Below, in pieces: positions 1 to 11,204 of a stretch of 64,000 nt of DNA (the stretch's first letter is position 1; each line of letters starts with the position of its first letter). Source of the DNA: a virus. The notes under the pieces are model-generated. The model saw only the letters and a program-made list of their open reading frames with translations. It was not told where the DNA came from and ran no database searches. Where the stretch lies: positions 1 through 64,000 of the IMG/VR virus record IMGVR_UViG_3300009127_000250. One strand, 5' to 3'. The position numbers and the translations under genes are program-made.

Positions 1-12
1 ATAGGTGTTAAT

Positions 13-2457
13 ATGAAGTATACAGAGAAAATGCCCGACATCAGCATCGAAAGCGAAATGAAAAAATCGTATCTCGATTATGCCATGAGCGTGATCATTG
101 GCAGAGCTTTGCCGGAGGTGCGAGACGGCCTTAAGCCGGTCCATCGTCGGGTCCTGTTTGCCATGCGCGAACTCAGAAACGATTGGAACAAGGCCTATAA
201 GAAATCTGCCCGTATCGTGGGTGATGTTATCGGAAAGTACCACCCCCATGGCGACACGGCCGTTTATGATACTATCGTGCGGATGGCCCAGGATTTTTCT
301 CTGAGGTATCCCCTTGTAGACGGTCAGGGTAATTTTGGTTCCATCGATGGTGATCCGCCTGCTGCCATGCGGTATACCGAGATCAGAATGATGCCTTTGG
401 CCCATCAGATGTTGGAGGATCTGGATAAGGAAACCGTTGATCTTGCAGCAAATTATGATGAATCGTTAACAGAGCCTACGGTGCTTCCGGCCAGAGTGCC
501 TAATCTTATCGTCAACGGCTCTTCCGGTATTGCCGTCGGCATGGCAACCAACATCCCACCTCATAATCTATCGGAAGTGATTGAGGCCATCAAGGCCATC
601 ATCGACAATCCCGGTCTTACTTGGCAGGATATCATGAATTACATTCCGGGGCCTGACTTTCCTACCGGCGCCATGGTTTACGGAACCAAAGGAATCCATG
701 AAGCCTATCAGAACGGGCGCGGGATAATCCGGATACGGGCCAGGGTGATCATTGAAAAAGACAAAAGAACCAAACGAGAGACCATCATTGTTACCGAACT
801 TCCCTATCAGGTCAACAAAGCCAGGCTTATCGAAAAGATTGCGGGCCTTATGCGAAACAAACAGATCGAGGGGATCAGATATATAAGAGATGAATCCGAC
901 AGGGAAGGCATGCGGATCGCACTGGGCCTGAAAAAAGATCAGATTGCCGAAGTAATTATCAATCAGCTTTACAAGCACACGCAGATGGAGAACAGCTTCG
1001 GCATCATTTTTCTTGCAGTTGTAGACAATCAACCCCAGCTTTTAACTTTAAAAGAGATTCTCGAATATTTCATCCTGCACCGCAAGGAAATTATTATTCG
1101 GCGGGTGCGGTATGACTTAAAGAAAGCCGAAGCGCGGGCTCATATTCTGGAAGGCTTGAAAACCGCCCTTAATAATATTGATGATGTAGTTTCCATGATT
1201 CGGGAATCAAAATTGCCGGAAGAAGCCAGAACACGCTTGACCCAGACATTCGCTTTGACCATGATCCAAGCCCAGGCCATATTGGATATGCGTTTGCAGC
1301 GCCTTACCGGCCTTGAGCAGGAAAAAATAATCGAAGAATACAAGCGTATTCTTAAAGATATCAACTGGTATAAGGAAATTCTCGGCAGCGAGCGTCTGGT
1401 CAAAAATATAATCAAGGATGAACTTGCCGAATTACAACAAGAGTTCGGAGACCGGCGCCGGACCGAGATCGTAGAAGCTACCAAAGAAATCACCATTGAA
1501 GATATGATTGTTGAAGAGGACATGGTGGTTAGTATTTCCAATACCGGTTATATCAAGCGTAACCCGATTACCCTTTACCGGAGCCAGCAACGTGGCGGTA
1601 GAGGCAAGACCGCTATGGGCGTAAAAGAGGAAGATTTTGTCAGCCATCTCTTTGTTGCTTCCACCCATCATACCTTTCTGTTTTTTACGAATCTGGGAAA
1701 GGTTTACTGGTGCAAGGTGTATGAAATCCCGCAGGCCGGGCGTCAGAGCCGCGGCAAAGCGATCGTCAACCTGCTTAACTTTGGCAAGGATGAAAGGCTG
1801 ACGACGGTGTTGCCGGTGGAATCCTTTGAACCAGGCTACCATATTATTATGGCGACCCGCAACGGACTGGTTAAAAAGACGGATATTATGGCCTTCAGCA
1901 GGCCCAGAGCAGGCGGTATTATTGCCTTGAAACTGATGCCTGGCGACGAACTGATCGCTGCCAGGATTACCGACGGCACCTGGAATGTTTTTTTATGTTC
2001 GGCCATGGGCAAATCGATACGTTTTCACGAGTCGAATGTGCGTCCCAGTGGCCGTATCGCCAGAGGAGTTTTTGGACTGCGGCTCGCTCCTGATGACCGT
2101 ATTGTGGGCATGGAGGTGTTAAGTCATGGCCAGACCCTGTTCACGGCTACGGAGAATGGTTTCGGCAAGCGAACGTCTATTGATGAGTATCCTCTCCGTA
2201 ACCGCGGCGGCAAAGGCGTTATTACGATTAAAACTACCGAGCGCAACGGGCAGGTTGTCGGCATGCTGCTTGTTGATGATGATGATGATTTAATGGTGAT
2301 GACGGACAGTGGCAAGCTCATCCGAATGGCTATTAAGAATATTTCGGTAATAAGCCGCAATACCCAGGGCGTAAAACTGATCGGGATGATGGCTGAAGAA
2401 AGGGTTGTCGGTGTTGCCAGACTTGCGGAGAAGGAGGATGATGTCAGCACATCATAA
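13..2457 (+). CDS. gyrA: DNA gyrase subunit A
   Basis: YHPHGD and AAMRYTE catalytic motifs, GyrA-box QQRGGRG, C-terminal beta-pinwheel repeats. Confidence 0.98.
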   Translation: MKYTEKMPDISIESEMKKSYLDYAMSVIIGRALPEVRDGLKPVHRRVLFAMRELRNDWNKAYKKSARIVGDVIGKYHPHGDTAVYDTIVRMAQDFSLRYPLVDGQGNFGSIDGDPPAAMRYTEIRMMPLAHQMLEDLDKETVDLAANYDESLTEPTVLPARVPNLIVNGSSGIAVGMATNIPPHNLSEVIEAIKAIIDNPGLTWQDIMNYIPGPDFPTGAMVYGTKGIHEAYQNGRGIIRIRARVIIEKDKRTKRETIIVTELPYQVNKARLIEKIAGLMRNKQIEGIRYIRDESDREGMRIALGLKKDQIAEVIINQLYKHTQMENSFGIIFLAVVDNQPQLLTLKEILEYFILHRKEIIIRRVRYDLKKAEARAHILEGLKTALNNIDDVVSMIRESKLPEEARTRLTQTFALTMIQAQAILDMRLQRLTGLEQEKIIEEYKRILKDINWYKEILGSERLVKNIIKDELAELQQEFGDRRRTEIVEATKEITIEDMIVEEDMVVSISNTGYIKRNPITLYRSQQRGGRGKTAMGVKEEDFVSHLFVASTHHTFLFFTNLGKVYWCKVYEIPQAGRQSRGKAIVNLLNFGKDERLTTVLPVESFEPGYHIIMATRNGLVKKTDIMAFSRPRAGGIIALKLMPGDELIAARITDGTWNVFLCSAMGKSIRFHESNVRPSGRIARGVFGLRLAPDDRIVGMEVLSHGQTLFTATENGFGKRTSIDEYPLRNRGGKGVITIKTTERNGQVVGMLLVDDDDDLMVMTDSGKLIRMAIKNISVISRNTQGVKLIGMMAEERVVGVARLAEKEDDVSTS

Positions 2458-2469
2458 GGTAAGTTGCGG

Positions 2470-3504
2470 ATGAAAGATCAGATTAATGCAAAGGATATTA
2501 AAATCGGTGTTGTGGGAGCCGGAAGCTGGGGAACTTCTCTTGCCAATCTTCTGGCTTTGAAAGGCTACAAGATCGACTTGTGGGTATTTGAAAAGGAAGT
2601 CAAAGACCAAATTGAGACATATAGAGAAAACAAGGTGTTTCTTCCCGGTTTTTCCCTTTCCGACAATTTGTTCCCATCCAATGATATGGCCCGGGTTGTC
2701 AAGGGCAAAGAACTTGTACTGATTGTAGTTCCGTCACACGTAATGCGGGAAACCGCGCATAAAATGTCCGGTCATCTTTCAAATAAAACGATGGTGGTTT
2801 CGGCTTCCAAAGGCATTGAGAACCAAACCCATTTGACCATGACCGGTGTGTTGCAAGAGGTCCTGCCCGCAATTCCTGAAAACGCCTTTGCAGTCCTTTC
2901 GGGTCCGAGTTTTGCCCAGGAAGTTTCTAAAAAATTTCCTACCGTTGTTACTGCGGCATCAAAAGATCCCCAGGTCGCCAGAACTGTGCAACATGTTTTT
3001 GCCACGGATTACTTCAGAGTCTATACCAGTGATGACGTTATCGGAGTTGAACTGGGAAGTGCCGTCAAGAACGTAATAGCGATTGCCGCCGGCATTATTG
3101 ACGGTCTTGGGCTGGGATTAAACACCAGGGCCGCCCTGATTACGAGAGGTCTTGTAGAGATTCGCCGGCTGGGTATTGAGCTTGGCGCCAACCCCCGTAC
3201 TTTTACAGGACTTACCGGTGTCGGGGATTTAGTACTGACCTGCACCGGCGATCTTAGCAGAAATCACACTTTGGGGAAAAAGATCGGTGCGGGCATGCAG
3301 CTAAAGGATATCTTGTCTGAAATGCATATGGTCGCAGAGGGAGTCAAGACCGCCAAGTCCGTTTACAATTTGTCACGCAAGCTTGGGGTTGAGATGCCCA
3401 TTGCCCATGAGGTATACCACATCCTATATGAAGATATTGCACCCATCGAAGCCGCGCGCCGCTTGATGACCCGTGATCTTAAAGACGAGCTGGATGAATA
3501 TTAG
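2470..3504 (+). CDS. gpsA: NAD(P)H-dependent glycerol-3-phosphate dehydrogenase
   Basis: GAGSWG Rossmann motif, SGPSFA, KNVIAIAAG, GDLVLTC, SRN. Confidence 0.96.
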   Translation: MKDQINAKDIKIGVVGAGSWGTSLANLLALKGYKIDLWVFEKEVKDQIETYRENKVFLPGFSLSDNLFPSNDMARVVKGKELVLIVVPSHVMRETAHKMSGHLSNKTMVVSASKGIENQTHLTMTGVLQEVLPAIPENAFAVLSGPSFAQEVSKKFPTVVTAASKDPQVARTVQHVFATDYFRVYTSDDVIGVELGSAVKNVIAIAAGIIDGLGLGLNTRAALITRGLVEIRRLGIELGANPRTFTGLTGVGDLVLTCTGDLSRNHTLGKKIGAGMQLKDILSEMHMVAEGVKTAKSVYNLSRKLGVEMPIAHEVYHILYEDIAPIEAARRLMTRDLKDELDEY

Positions 3505-3886
3505 GCGCTGCATTGGTTTGGAAAAACGCCGGGCTTCAAGATTTTACTGCAAGGCGATATCAACAACGCTATAAAAGGGCGCCCCAATATTTGTGATTTG
3601 TCAAAGTTTTCGAGAAGTTGTAAAATGTTTTCGCAGCAATCATAAATATTGGGTCACCGTGATATACCCTGGCAGACGACCAGGATATCTTCTTGCAGCA
3701 AAACCCTGAAGCCCTTTTTCCCGAAGTTACTGAGAAGTTACTATTTTTATAGATTAATTGTCTTAAGTACTGTTTTTTATTAAGGCTCATCCTGCTGAAA
3801 GCGGGACTCAGGCAGCCAGATTTTTTACATTTTATCACCAGCAGGCTTAACTTAACGAGCAACCAGCAACGAGTAACCAGTTATCT

Positions 3887-4552
3887 ATGACCGCAAGCAA
3901 ACCACATAAAGGTGAAGGTCACCGCCAGCGTCTGCGAGAACGGTTTCTTAAATCGGGTTTGTCAGGATTTCATGATTATGAAGTGGTTGAACTCCTATTG
4001 ACCCTTGTCACTCCGCGCAAAGACTGTAAGTCTGCGGCCAAGGCTGCTTTGCGGCGCTTTAAAACACTGCAGGGGGTACTGGAGGCCTCTCCCCAAGAGC
4101 TTTGCGAAGTTGAAGGGATCGGGCCCAAAAATCTGCTGGGCGTCAAGCTGATAAAGGCTGTTGGTGATCGGTATCTAAAGCAGAAATTGATTGAAAAAGA
4201 TCCCTTGAACAACTCGCAAGCCCTGTTCGATTACCTCTACCATAGTATAAGAGATAAGAATCGGGAATGCTTCAATGTTATTTTTCTGGATGCTAAAAAC
4301 CGGGTTATTACTTCTGAAACCCTTTTTGAGGGGACTTTGACGGCAAGCTCTGTTTACCCGCGGGAAGTGGTCATCGCGGCCTTGAATCATCATGCCGCCG
4401 CCCTCATATTTGCCCACAACCACCCTTCGGGTGATCCCCAGCCGTCCCAAGAAGATATCGGCATTACGCGCCGGCTTATATTTGCTTGCAGGGTGGTGGG
4501 AATTACGGTTCATGAGCATTTGATTATAGGGGCTAATACACGCCATGAATAA
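3887..4552 (+). CDS. radC: RadC/JAB-domain protein, C-terminus altered by prophage insertion
   Basis: GHRQRLRERF, VYPREV, HNHPSGDP. Ends HEHLIIGANTRHE, lacking the usual ..YFSF.. tail; integrase lies 50 bp downstream. Confidence 0.9.
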   Translation: MTASKPHKGEGHRQRLRERFLKSGLSGFHDYEVVELLLTLVTPRKDCKSAAKAALRRFKTLQGVLEASPQELCEVEGIGPKNLLGVKLIKAVGDRYLKQKLIEKDPLNNSQALFDYLYHSIRDKNRECFNVIFLDAKNRVITSETLFEGTLTASSVYPREVVIAALNHHAAALIFAHNHPSGDPQPSQEDIGITRRLIFACRVVGITVHEHLIIGANTRHE

Positions 4553-4601
4553 TATCAATCACTTACAAAGGCACATTACCAAATTATTACCAATTTGGAC
4601 T

Positions 4602-5762
4602 TTATGAGACAGGTTTTTCGTCCTTTTTTTCGTTCCTTTTTTCTTTATCCATCACCCTTTCAAAAGCCGATCCGTCATCTCTGGTCAAATTCGGAATAAA
4701 GCGATTATATCTTTTTAACGTGGTTTCCACATCTGTATGGCCGAGCATCTTTGATACCCATGTGATCGATTCCCCAGCTGCAATATGGAGTGTAGCAAAA
4801 GTGTGGCGCATTTGCTTTTGTGGCCTGTATTTCAATCCGGCCAACCTCAGATAATGCCTCCATTTCTGGCGCATGGTACAAACCGTCCATTGTCGGTTTG
4901 TATGAGTTAACCAAACAAACTTACCCATTAATCCGGTTCTGGCTTCCTGACGGTGCAAGGCATCAATTGCAATCGGTTTAAGATCAACATCACGGATGGA
5001 CGATTTTGTCTTGGGTAATCCGGTTGAGCCGTTCTGTCGACGGTTTTCCCTTATAAGAGTTTTACGGTTGAAATAATCTATATGCTCCCATTTTAAAGCA
5101 TATAGTTCTCCCGGCCTCAATCCGGTCCTTGACCAAAATATAATTAGATCCCGCCAGTTGGGATATTTTTCAAGATAACTAAGCCAGTACTTTAGTTCTT
5201 CAAACGAAAAAGGATCTATTTCAGAAGGGCGTTCATCCAGTTTGCCGATTCCTGCACAAGGGTATTCAGGTATTAGTTTTCGTTTCGTGGCAAACAACAG
5301 CACCATGCAAAGCGTTATCATATACTGATTGACAGTTGACTCTGATAAATTTTTTCCCTGTAATAATTTTCTAAAAACCAAGACATCATGTTCTTCAATG
5401 TTCCCGATGGACCAACCGCCAAAGTACGGCTCTATATGATTAGTAAAATGGCGTTCATAGTTTCTTTGCGTTCCAAACGTTATAGTCTTTTGGGATAACC
5501 ATATTTCGAATACTTCGGAAAGGGTAATATCGGTTACCGTTTTTTGGAAATGTTTGGCCTTTGAGCCGTTGGGGAAAAATTTAAGATAGTCGAACGTACC
5601 GGTTTTAACATGGTATTCAATAGCCTTCCATTTGGACTTAACCCTGGCCTGATTCTTTTTAGTGATGTCACCTTCATATTCGACACATCTTACCCGCTGA
5701 TCGTTTGGTAAAGTGCACCGAAAATCTATTACCAGCTTGTCACCCCGTCTGCCGACTGCCAT
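4602..5762 (-). CDS. int: Tyrosine integrase with N-terminal arm-binding domain
   Basis: TGLRPGEL, MRHTFAT, LGHTD..Y catalytic residues. Confidence 0.95.
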   Translation of the reverse strand: MAVGRRGDKLVIDFRCTLPNDQRVRCVEYEGDITKKNQARVKSKWKAIEYHVKTGTFDYLKFFPNGSKAKHFQKTVTDITLSEVFEIWLSQKTITFGTQRNYERHFTNHIEPYFGGWSIGNIEEHDVLVFRKLLQGKNLSESTVNQYMITLCMVLLFATKRKLIPEYPCAGIGKLDERPSEIDPFSFEELKYWLSYLEKYPNWRDLIIFWSRTGLRPGELYALKWEHIDYFNRKTLIRENRRQNGSTGLPKTKSSIRDVDLKPIAIDALHRQEARTGLMGKFVWLTHTNRQWTVCTMRQKWRHYLRLAGLKYRPQKQMRHTFATLHIAAGESITWVSKMLGHTDVETTLKRYNRFIPNLTRDDGSAFERVMDKEKRNEKKDEKPVS

Positions 5763-5952
5763 CTTGCTCCTCCATCCATTCTATGAACTCTTTGCGTTTG
5801 ATAACGACCTTTTTACCCACCTTAAGATAATGAACACCCCTGATCAATTTGCCGTCATTAATATACTGATATAATGTGGCAATGGCAAACCCAAAATGTT
5901 CAGCAGCACCTTTTACTGATAGAGTGTAAGGCGGGATTAAGGAAGATTTCAA
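5740..5952 (-). CDS. Excisionase-like HTH protein
   Basis: 70 aa xis-type HTH overlapping the integrase start. Confidence 0.8.
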   Translation of the reverse strand: MKSSLIPPYTLSVKGAAEHFGFAIATLYQYINDGKLIRGVHYLKVGKKVVIKRKEFIEWMEEQDGSRQTG

Positions 5953-6187
5953 CTATATAGCCCTTTCTAAAAAAAAAATTGGGAAGGGGCGCGGCAACCC
6001 CCCTCCCCAATAAAATAAATGCCGTTAGACTGTTGGCCTCTATCCATTACCGCTGCCCGGGGTGCAGCGGTCCCCCGCGAAAGCCGGTCGTCCTTGCTGT
6101 TCTTGGGTAAACGGCGATACCCTCAAGGAGACGCAGGGTGACAAAACCAAAACCAATAAAGGGTATAAGGTTGTTGGAAGTGGCTAA

Positions 6188-6241
6188 TTCTTACTATATG
6201 TAAAATACTGTGTCAATGAGAATGTTTACTTTTGGTAAGAA
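6188..6241 (-). promoter_or_regulatory. Leftward promoter with two operator-like sites
   Basis: TTGACA on minus strand at 6211-6216, flanked by TTCTTACTATATGTAAAA and TTTACTTTTGGTAAGAA. Confidence 0.5.
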
Positions 6242-6477
6242 TTAAGGTAAAAAATATCTTTCAGAAAATATCATTAATTTTCCACTGGATATTTTTACAG
6301 TCATTATTATACTTGTTTATTAAGTAATAATTTTTTGAGCTTATAATAAACCAACGGTTTGTCATGTATGAGTTTTCGCAATTTATCCATTAAGTACTGT
6401 TTTTGGTTTGTTTCAACCCCATGCTTCAATGCAACTTCCCCCATCTTGCCTCCGTTTATAATTTATTTTAAGACATT

Positions 6478-7485
6478 TTATATTAGTCTGTCTGCAAAAT
6501 ATTTTTCCAAATTTCTTATTTTAGATGGAATATTGAGTTTGTTCCGTAAATTTCTTCGATGAACTTCAATAGTTTTAGGGCTCAAATTAAATATTTCAGC
6601 TATTTCAATAGTTGATTTACCTTGCCTTATCTGTTCGACAATCTTTAGCTCCATTCTGGTTAGATTTTTAAATATTTGGCGGGCTTTTAATTCGGCCTTC
6701 TCCCGCTCTCTTTCCTTTAACAAAACCCTTAAAGCTATAATAATTTCTTCTTTTTCTTGTTCAGCCTTTTTACGATCAGTAATATCAATAACTGTTGTAC
6801 GAATTCCAACAATTTTTTCATTTTTTTTTATAGGAGCAGAAGATGAAACTCCCCACCGTTGCGTACCATCCTTACAAATAATCTGAAATTCAGCCGGTGG
6901 AACTTCTATTCCTTGCGCCATTTGTGAAAGACGACTAATATATTGGTCATGGTTGCTCGGATCTATTAACTGTTTTATATTCAACCCTTTAGCCAGGTCT
7001 TCACGTGTATATCCAGTTATGTCATGACCATATTGATTGCTGTAAGTACATTTTCCTGCAAGATCAGATTCGACAATAACAGTTGGTAATTGATCGGCAG
7101 TTTCTCTCCATCGTCTTTCACTTTCTTCCAGTTGGGTAATATCTCGAAAAATTCCTATAACATATCTATTTTCGTTAACAGCAATTAGCTCTAACGTCAT
7201 TTCACCAACAATGGTTCTGCCATCTTTTCGTTTTAATGTCACCTGAACCGCTGATATACATTTTTCATCTTCGAGTCTTTTATAAAAACCTGCCCTTTGT
7301 TCCGGATTTACCCACATATTTAAATCTTGGGTAGTTTTTCCGATCATTTCACTGGCACTAAAACCTAATAATTTCTCTCCTTCTCGATTGACTGCAATAA
7401 ATTGTTGTGTGGCAAAGTTTATAATACCAATACCAATAGGAGCCAATTGGAATATTCTAAAAAAAATATCTCGATCTAAAAACAA
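6478..7485 (-). CDS. PAS-PAS-LuxR HTH transcriptional regulator
   Basis: Two PAS/PAC domains (..DITQ, ..DITDRK) and LuxR HTH GKSTIEIAEIFNLSPKTIEVHRRNLRNKL. Confidence 0.88.
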   Translation of the reverse strand: MFLDRDIFFRIFQLAPIGIGIINFATQQFIAVNREGEKLLGFSASEMIGKTTQDLNMWVNPEQRAGFYKRLEDEKCISAVQVTLKRKDGRTIVGEMTLELIAVNENRYVIGIFRDITQLEESERRWRETADQLPTVIVESDLAGKCTYSNQYGHDITGYTREDLAKGLNIKQLIDPSNHDQYISRLSQMAQGIEVPPAEFQIICKDGTQRWGVSSSAPIKKNEKIVGIRTTVIDITDRKKAEQEKEEIIIALRVLLKEREREKAELKARQIFKNLTRMELKIVEQIRQGKSTIEIAEIFNLSPKTIEVHRRNLRNKLNIPSKIRNLEKYFADRLI

Positions 7486-7674
7486 CTAAGCCCCGCTCTC
7501 ATTTACTAAGTCATTGAAGTAATTGCAAGATTTTTTATCCCTATTTAATCCCTTAGTTTTCCCTTAGAAAGACTAAGGGATATTTCTTATATTGGCAATA
7601 ATTGATAAATATTAAAAAAAAAGCCACGATTATATATCGCGGCTTTCAATTAGATTTATTATTTTGTAAAAATT

Positions 7675-8013
7675 TTAACTATTTTCCAATAAAAGTCTAA
7701 CAGACTCAAAATGTTTCGGCCTTTTATCTGACGGAAGATCGAGCCATTCCTGTAATTTTATAATCATTTTAAAATCATCTCTGGAATACCGTTTATTAGA
7801 CAAAAGATCTATCATTGAAACATTAAAAATTTGTGAAAGTTTAAAAATTTTTTCCTGGTCCATCCCTTTGGTTCCATTTTCAATTTGAGATACCATACCA
7901 GAACTCTCATAGCCAAGCTTATGGGCAAGATCCATTTGTGTCATGCCATGAATATCCCTAAGTGTTTTAATTTTTTCACCGAGCATTTTTTTAAATTGCT
8001 TTTGTTTAGCCAT
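7675..8013 (-). CDS. XRE-family CI-like repressor
   Basis: HTH_3 MTQMDLAHKLGYESSGMVSQIENG, divergent from the early operon. Confidence 0.85.
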   Translation of the reverse strand: MAKQKQFKKMLGEKIKTLRDIHGMTQMDLAHKLGYESSGMVSQIENGTKGMDQEKIFKLSQIFNVSMIDLLSNKRYSRDDFKMIIKLQEWLDLPSDKRPKHFESVRLLLENS

Positions 8014-8063
8014 GCAGCCACCTCCTTCTTTTATAACCTGAACAAATAACAGAATAAGTTATA

Positions 8064-8140
8064 TCTTCCTAAAAGTAAATCTCTAATAGTAAGAAAAAAA
8101 CAACATATACCTTGACATACATTCTTACTTATAGTAAGAA
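8064..8140. promoter_or_regulatory. Immunity-region operators and rightward promoter
   Basis: Perfect inverted repeat TTCTTACT-tat-AGTAAGAA at 8122-8140, degenerate copies at about 8064-8095, TTGACA at 8112-8117. Confidence 0.7.
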
Positions 8141-8213
8141 CTGCTCATATATATCTAAACTGCAAATAAATTTTCGACGCTATTAATTACATAAGACGCA
8201 AACAGGGGAAACA

Positions 8214-8420
8214 ATGCAAAATCAAGCTTTTAAGGATGTCGAAATGGGTAAAAAAATCATTCAGGAAAACTTTAAAATGGATGATGAAATGCAATCCAAA
8301 CTCCTGAAAGCCGCCGGCACCCTGGATGAATCAAAATCTAAGGTTATTCGGGCTTGTATCCATCTTGCCTTACCAACTTTAGAAGCCAACCCTTTATTGA
8401 TTCGTCTTATCGAAGACTGA
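8214..8420 (+). CDS. Small DNA-binding protein (RHH/Cro-like)
   Basis: First gene of the rightward operon; RHH-like pattern. Confidence 0.5.
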   Translation: MQNQAFKDVEMGKKIIQENFKMDDEMQSKLLKAAGTLDESKSKVIRACIHLALPTLEANPLLIRLIED

Positions 8421-8503
8421 CCTGATTAACAATACAATTTTGGTATTACCTAAACCTATTTTTAGTTGTGGGCTTGTAATTTAATATTATCAAGGAGCTA
8501 TGT

Positions 8504-9967
8504 TTGTATCCCAAGACTAAAACAAAGCCCTGGCTACACCAAGCCGAAGGCTGGAATCTCGCTAAAAACCACCCTGCTTTTTACTATGCCGTAGACATGG
8601 GTGGCGGAAAAACCAAGATGGGCGTGGACTACTGCACAGGAGTCAACGCCCATCTTGTTTTAGTCCTGTGTCCTAAAAAGGTAATACCGTTGTGGCCCCG
8701 CCAGTTCGATCTGCATTGCGGAGTTGATTTTAGGTTCTTTGCACCTGAAAAGAAAATATCAGTCGCTAAAAAGGCCGTTCTCCTTGAAGATGAAATCCAA
8801 ATGATGCAGGCCGCTAATCTCCGACTGGCCGTTATCCTCAACTATGAAGCCTTCTGGCGTCCACCATTAGGGCCGACCTATAACAAAAAGAACCGCATGG
8901 TCAACCGTGGCCTCCTGATGAAATACCCGTGGGACGTCATGATCTGTGACGAAGCCCACCGGCTTATGGCCCCGGGCGGCACAATGTCCTGGGCGGCCAT
9001 GCGGGTCGGAAAACAGGCCAAACGCAGATTATTCCTATCCGGCACGCCCATGCCATCTTCACCTATTAATATATACGCTCAATTCAGAGCCCTAAACACT
9101 GATATCTTTGGAACAAGATTTACGGACTTCCGAAGGCGCTACTGTGAAATGGGCGGATATGAAGGGCGTCAGATTCTTGAATACATCAATCAAGACGAAC
9201 TGCATCAAAAATTCTACAGCATTGCCTTTCGTGTCGAAACCGATGAAGTCCTCGATCTTCCCGGCGTAAGGCACGAATTACTTAAATGCAAACTCGATCC
9301 CAAAGCCCGCAGAATTTATGACCAGCTTGAAGAAGAATTCGTTGCCCAGGTGGATAGCGGTGAAATCACCGTCCAGAACGCTCTGGTTAAGGGACTTCGC
9401 CTTTCGGAAATCACAGGTGGATTCGTTAAACCTGACGACGGTGTCCGTAAACAGATCGATACCAACAAAATGGACACCCTGATCGAACGGCTCCAAGACC
9501 TTGGAACTGAGTCGGTAGTTATCTTCTATCGTTTCAAGCCCGAAGTTGCCGAAATGAAAAAACGAATCGCTAAAATTAAAATCGGAGACTACAAAGGCCA
9601 GCCCATTTACCGAACTGTAGGCGAAATCTCCGGAGATATTAACGATGAATTAAGATGGATACATAAAGAAATTGATACCGTCTGTGTCCAAATACAGGCA
9701 GGGGGCGAAGGGCTTGATACCCTGAAAAGAGCCAGGTACGGCTTTTTCTACTCTAAGGGCATGTTGGGATACGGCAAGTGGAAACAGGCCGTAAAACGGC
9801 TGGATCGTCCTGGTCAGACACGTAAAGTTTTATTCTATCATCTTGTTGCTCGGAACACTATCGACATGAAGATCGAACGGGGAATCAAGAAGGGCGGCAA
9901 TGTCATAGAATACGTTTTAGAGGAAATGAGAACGCAAAAACCTAAACCATTTGCAAAGGTCGCATAA
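8504..9967 (+). CDS. SNF2-family helicase
   Basis: DMGGGKT, DEAH, LSGTP, RLDRPGQ. Confidence 0.9.
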   Translation: MYPKTKTKPWLHQAEGWNLAKNHPAFYYAVDMGGGKTKMGVDYCTGVNAHLVLVLCPKKVIPLWPRQFDLHCGVDFRFFAPEKKISVAKKAVLLEDEIQMMQAANLRLAVILNYEAFWRPPLGPTYNKKNRMVNRGLLMKYPWDVMICDEAHRLMAPGGTMSWAAMRVGKQAKRRLFLSGTPMPSSPINIYAQFRALNTDIFGTRFTDFRRRYCEMGGYEGRQILEYINQDELHQKFYSIAFRVETDEVLDLPGVRHELLKCKLDPKARRIYDQLEEEFVAQVDSGEITVQNALVKGLRLSEITGGFVKPDDGVRKQIDTNKMDTLIERLQDLGTESVVIFYRFKPEVAEMKKRIAKIKIGDYKGQPIYRTVGEISGDINDELRWIHKEIDTVCVQIQAGGEGLDTLKRARYGFFYSKGMLGYGKWKQAVKRLDRPGQTRKVLFYHLVARNTIDMKIERGIKKGGNVIEYVLEEMRTQKPKPFAKVA

Positions 9968-9971
9968 CTGA

Positions 9972-10046
9972 GCGGGCATAACTCAACGGCAGAGTGGGAG
10001 CCTTCCAAGCTCTTGGTTGAAGGTTCGAATCCTTCTGTCCGCTCCA
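9972..10046 (+). tRNA. tRNA-Gly(TCC)
   Basis: GCGGGCA/TGTCCGC acceptor stem, CTTCCAA anticodon loop, GGTTCGAATCC, CCA. Confidence 0.92.
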
Positions 10047-10069
10047 ATTTAAAATTAGAAAGGTAAATA

Positions 10070-10336
10070 ATGGCCAGAAAACCCATACCCGACAACACTA
10101 TTAATTCCGTATTAGCCACGATTCCGATGGCGATCCAAGCCAGACTCGCAGAAAAAGGCCCGGGAACTTTCGCCAGCCGTCATGAAATTCAGGGCGTACT
10201 GGACGAAGAATTTCATGAGCTACGTGAAGCTCTGCAAAGCAATATAGAAAAAGATTACTACAAAGAGTTGATGGATATCGCCGTAGGCGCTGTGTTCGGA
10301 ATGGCCTGCATGGTCGAAGGAACAATGGATTGGTAA
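10070..10336 (+). CDS. MazG-like NTP pyrophosphatase fold protein
   Basis: EEFHEL...KELMDIA pattern. Confidence 0.55.
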   Translation: MARKPIPDNTINSVLATIPMAIQARLAEKGPGTFASRHEIQGVLDEEFHELREALQSNIEKDYYKELMDIAVGAVFGMACMVEGTMDW

Positions 10337-10524
10337 TGGAAATATACAGACTCGTCAAAATGACCGACCAATGGTACGCCCTGAAAATAACAAGCATAGA
10401 ACTCGATGCAGACAATATCGAAAATTTCATAATGAGCGGAGAAGTTGTTGTTCTCGGCGACGACCTTGAATGGATCGCCAGCGAATTAGGCATCACTTTA
10501 GATGACATAAAAGAGGTTGAATAA
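10336..10524 (+). CDS. Hypothetical phage protein
   Basis: Coupled ORF in operon. Confidence 0.55.
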   Translation: MEIYRLVKMTDQWYALKITSIELDADNIENFIMSGEVVVLGDDLEWIASELGITLDDIKEVE

Positions 10525-10699
10525 AATGGAATTTGAATTTGAAACTGAAGAAAATTTGGAATTCTTCGACAAAAGCTATCTGGACTGGCTGATACCCGCT
10601 TTGGACTTGGGGCTTAAAATCGGCATGGGCCTGGCCGGTCTTTATATTCTACTGGCAACCGCAGCAAGCATCATAGACAAATTACACTAAAGGCTAAAT

Positions 10700-11113
10700 A
10701 TGGCACAACCTGAAAAGCTAAGACCCGTAATACGCTACGACTGTCTCCATGGAGATCATAAAGAACGGCCCTGTCCGTTCATCGGCTGTAAGTACCATCT
10801 TATATGGCTGTTCCATAATGAACAGTGGCTCTCCCAAACTCCCATCTATGCCATTATTAAAAGAATCGCTAAATTGCGAGAAACATGCTTGCTCGATGTT
10901 GCCGACAAAGGACCGCAAACTTTACAACAAATTGCCGATATCATGGGCGGGATCAGCCGTGAAAGAGTACGGCAAATAATCGACAATGAACGTGGCGCCT
11001 TGGATCGGCTCAGGCATCCCTCCAGAAGAAAAAAACTTATTGAATTCACCCAACCGCTAAGAACAACCCCAATACTTGACATAAACCATAGAACAAAGAG
11101 GTACGCAGCATGA
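10700..11113 (+). CDS. Sigma70 region-4-like HTH protein
   Basis: TLQQIADIMGGISRERVRQI...RLRHPSR with N-terminal Cys motif. Confidence 0.75.
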   Translation: MAQPEKLRPVIRYDCLHGDHKERPCPFIGCKYHLIWLFHNEQWLSQTPIYAIIKRIAKLRETCLLDVADKGPQTLQQIADIMGGISRERVRQIIDNERGALDRLRHPSRRKKLIEFTQPLRTTPILDINHRTKRYAA

Positions 11114-11204
11114 CAAAATACATCCAGACCCCAACAGAAAGGAAAATGGCAGACCAGCAGCGAATGAGAAAAATGATAGCCGCCAAAGAAAGGAACCCGA
11201 ATCG

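Noticed and set aside
3836-3882. ACCAGCA-like short repeats upstream of radC
   Set aside because: Short degenerate host intergenic repeats without the 36-nt register
7874-7891. Self-target of the first primase-array guide (AGCATCTCA+ATTTGAGAT) in the repressor gene
   Set aside because: Only 12 contiguous nt match and 5 of 9 spacer-A positions mismatch; plausible by chance
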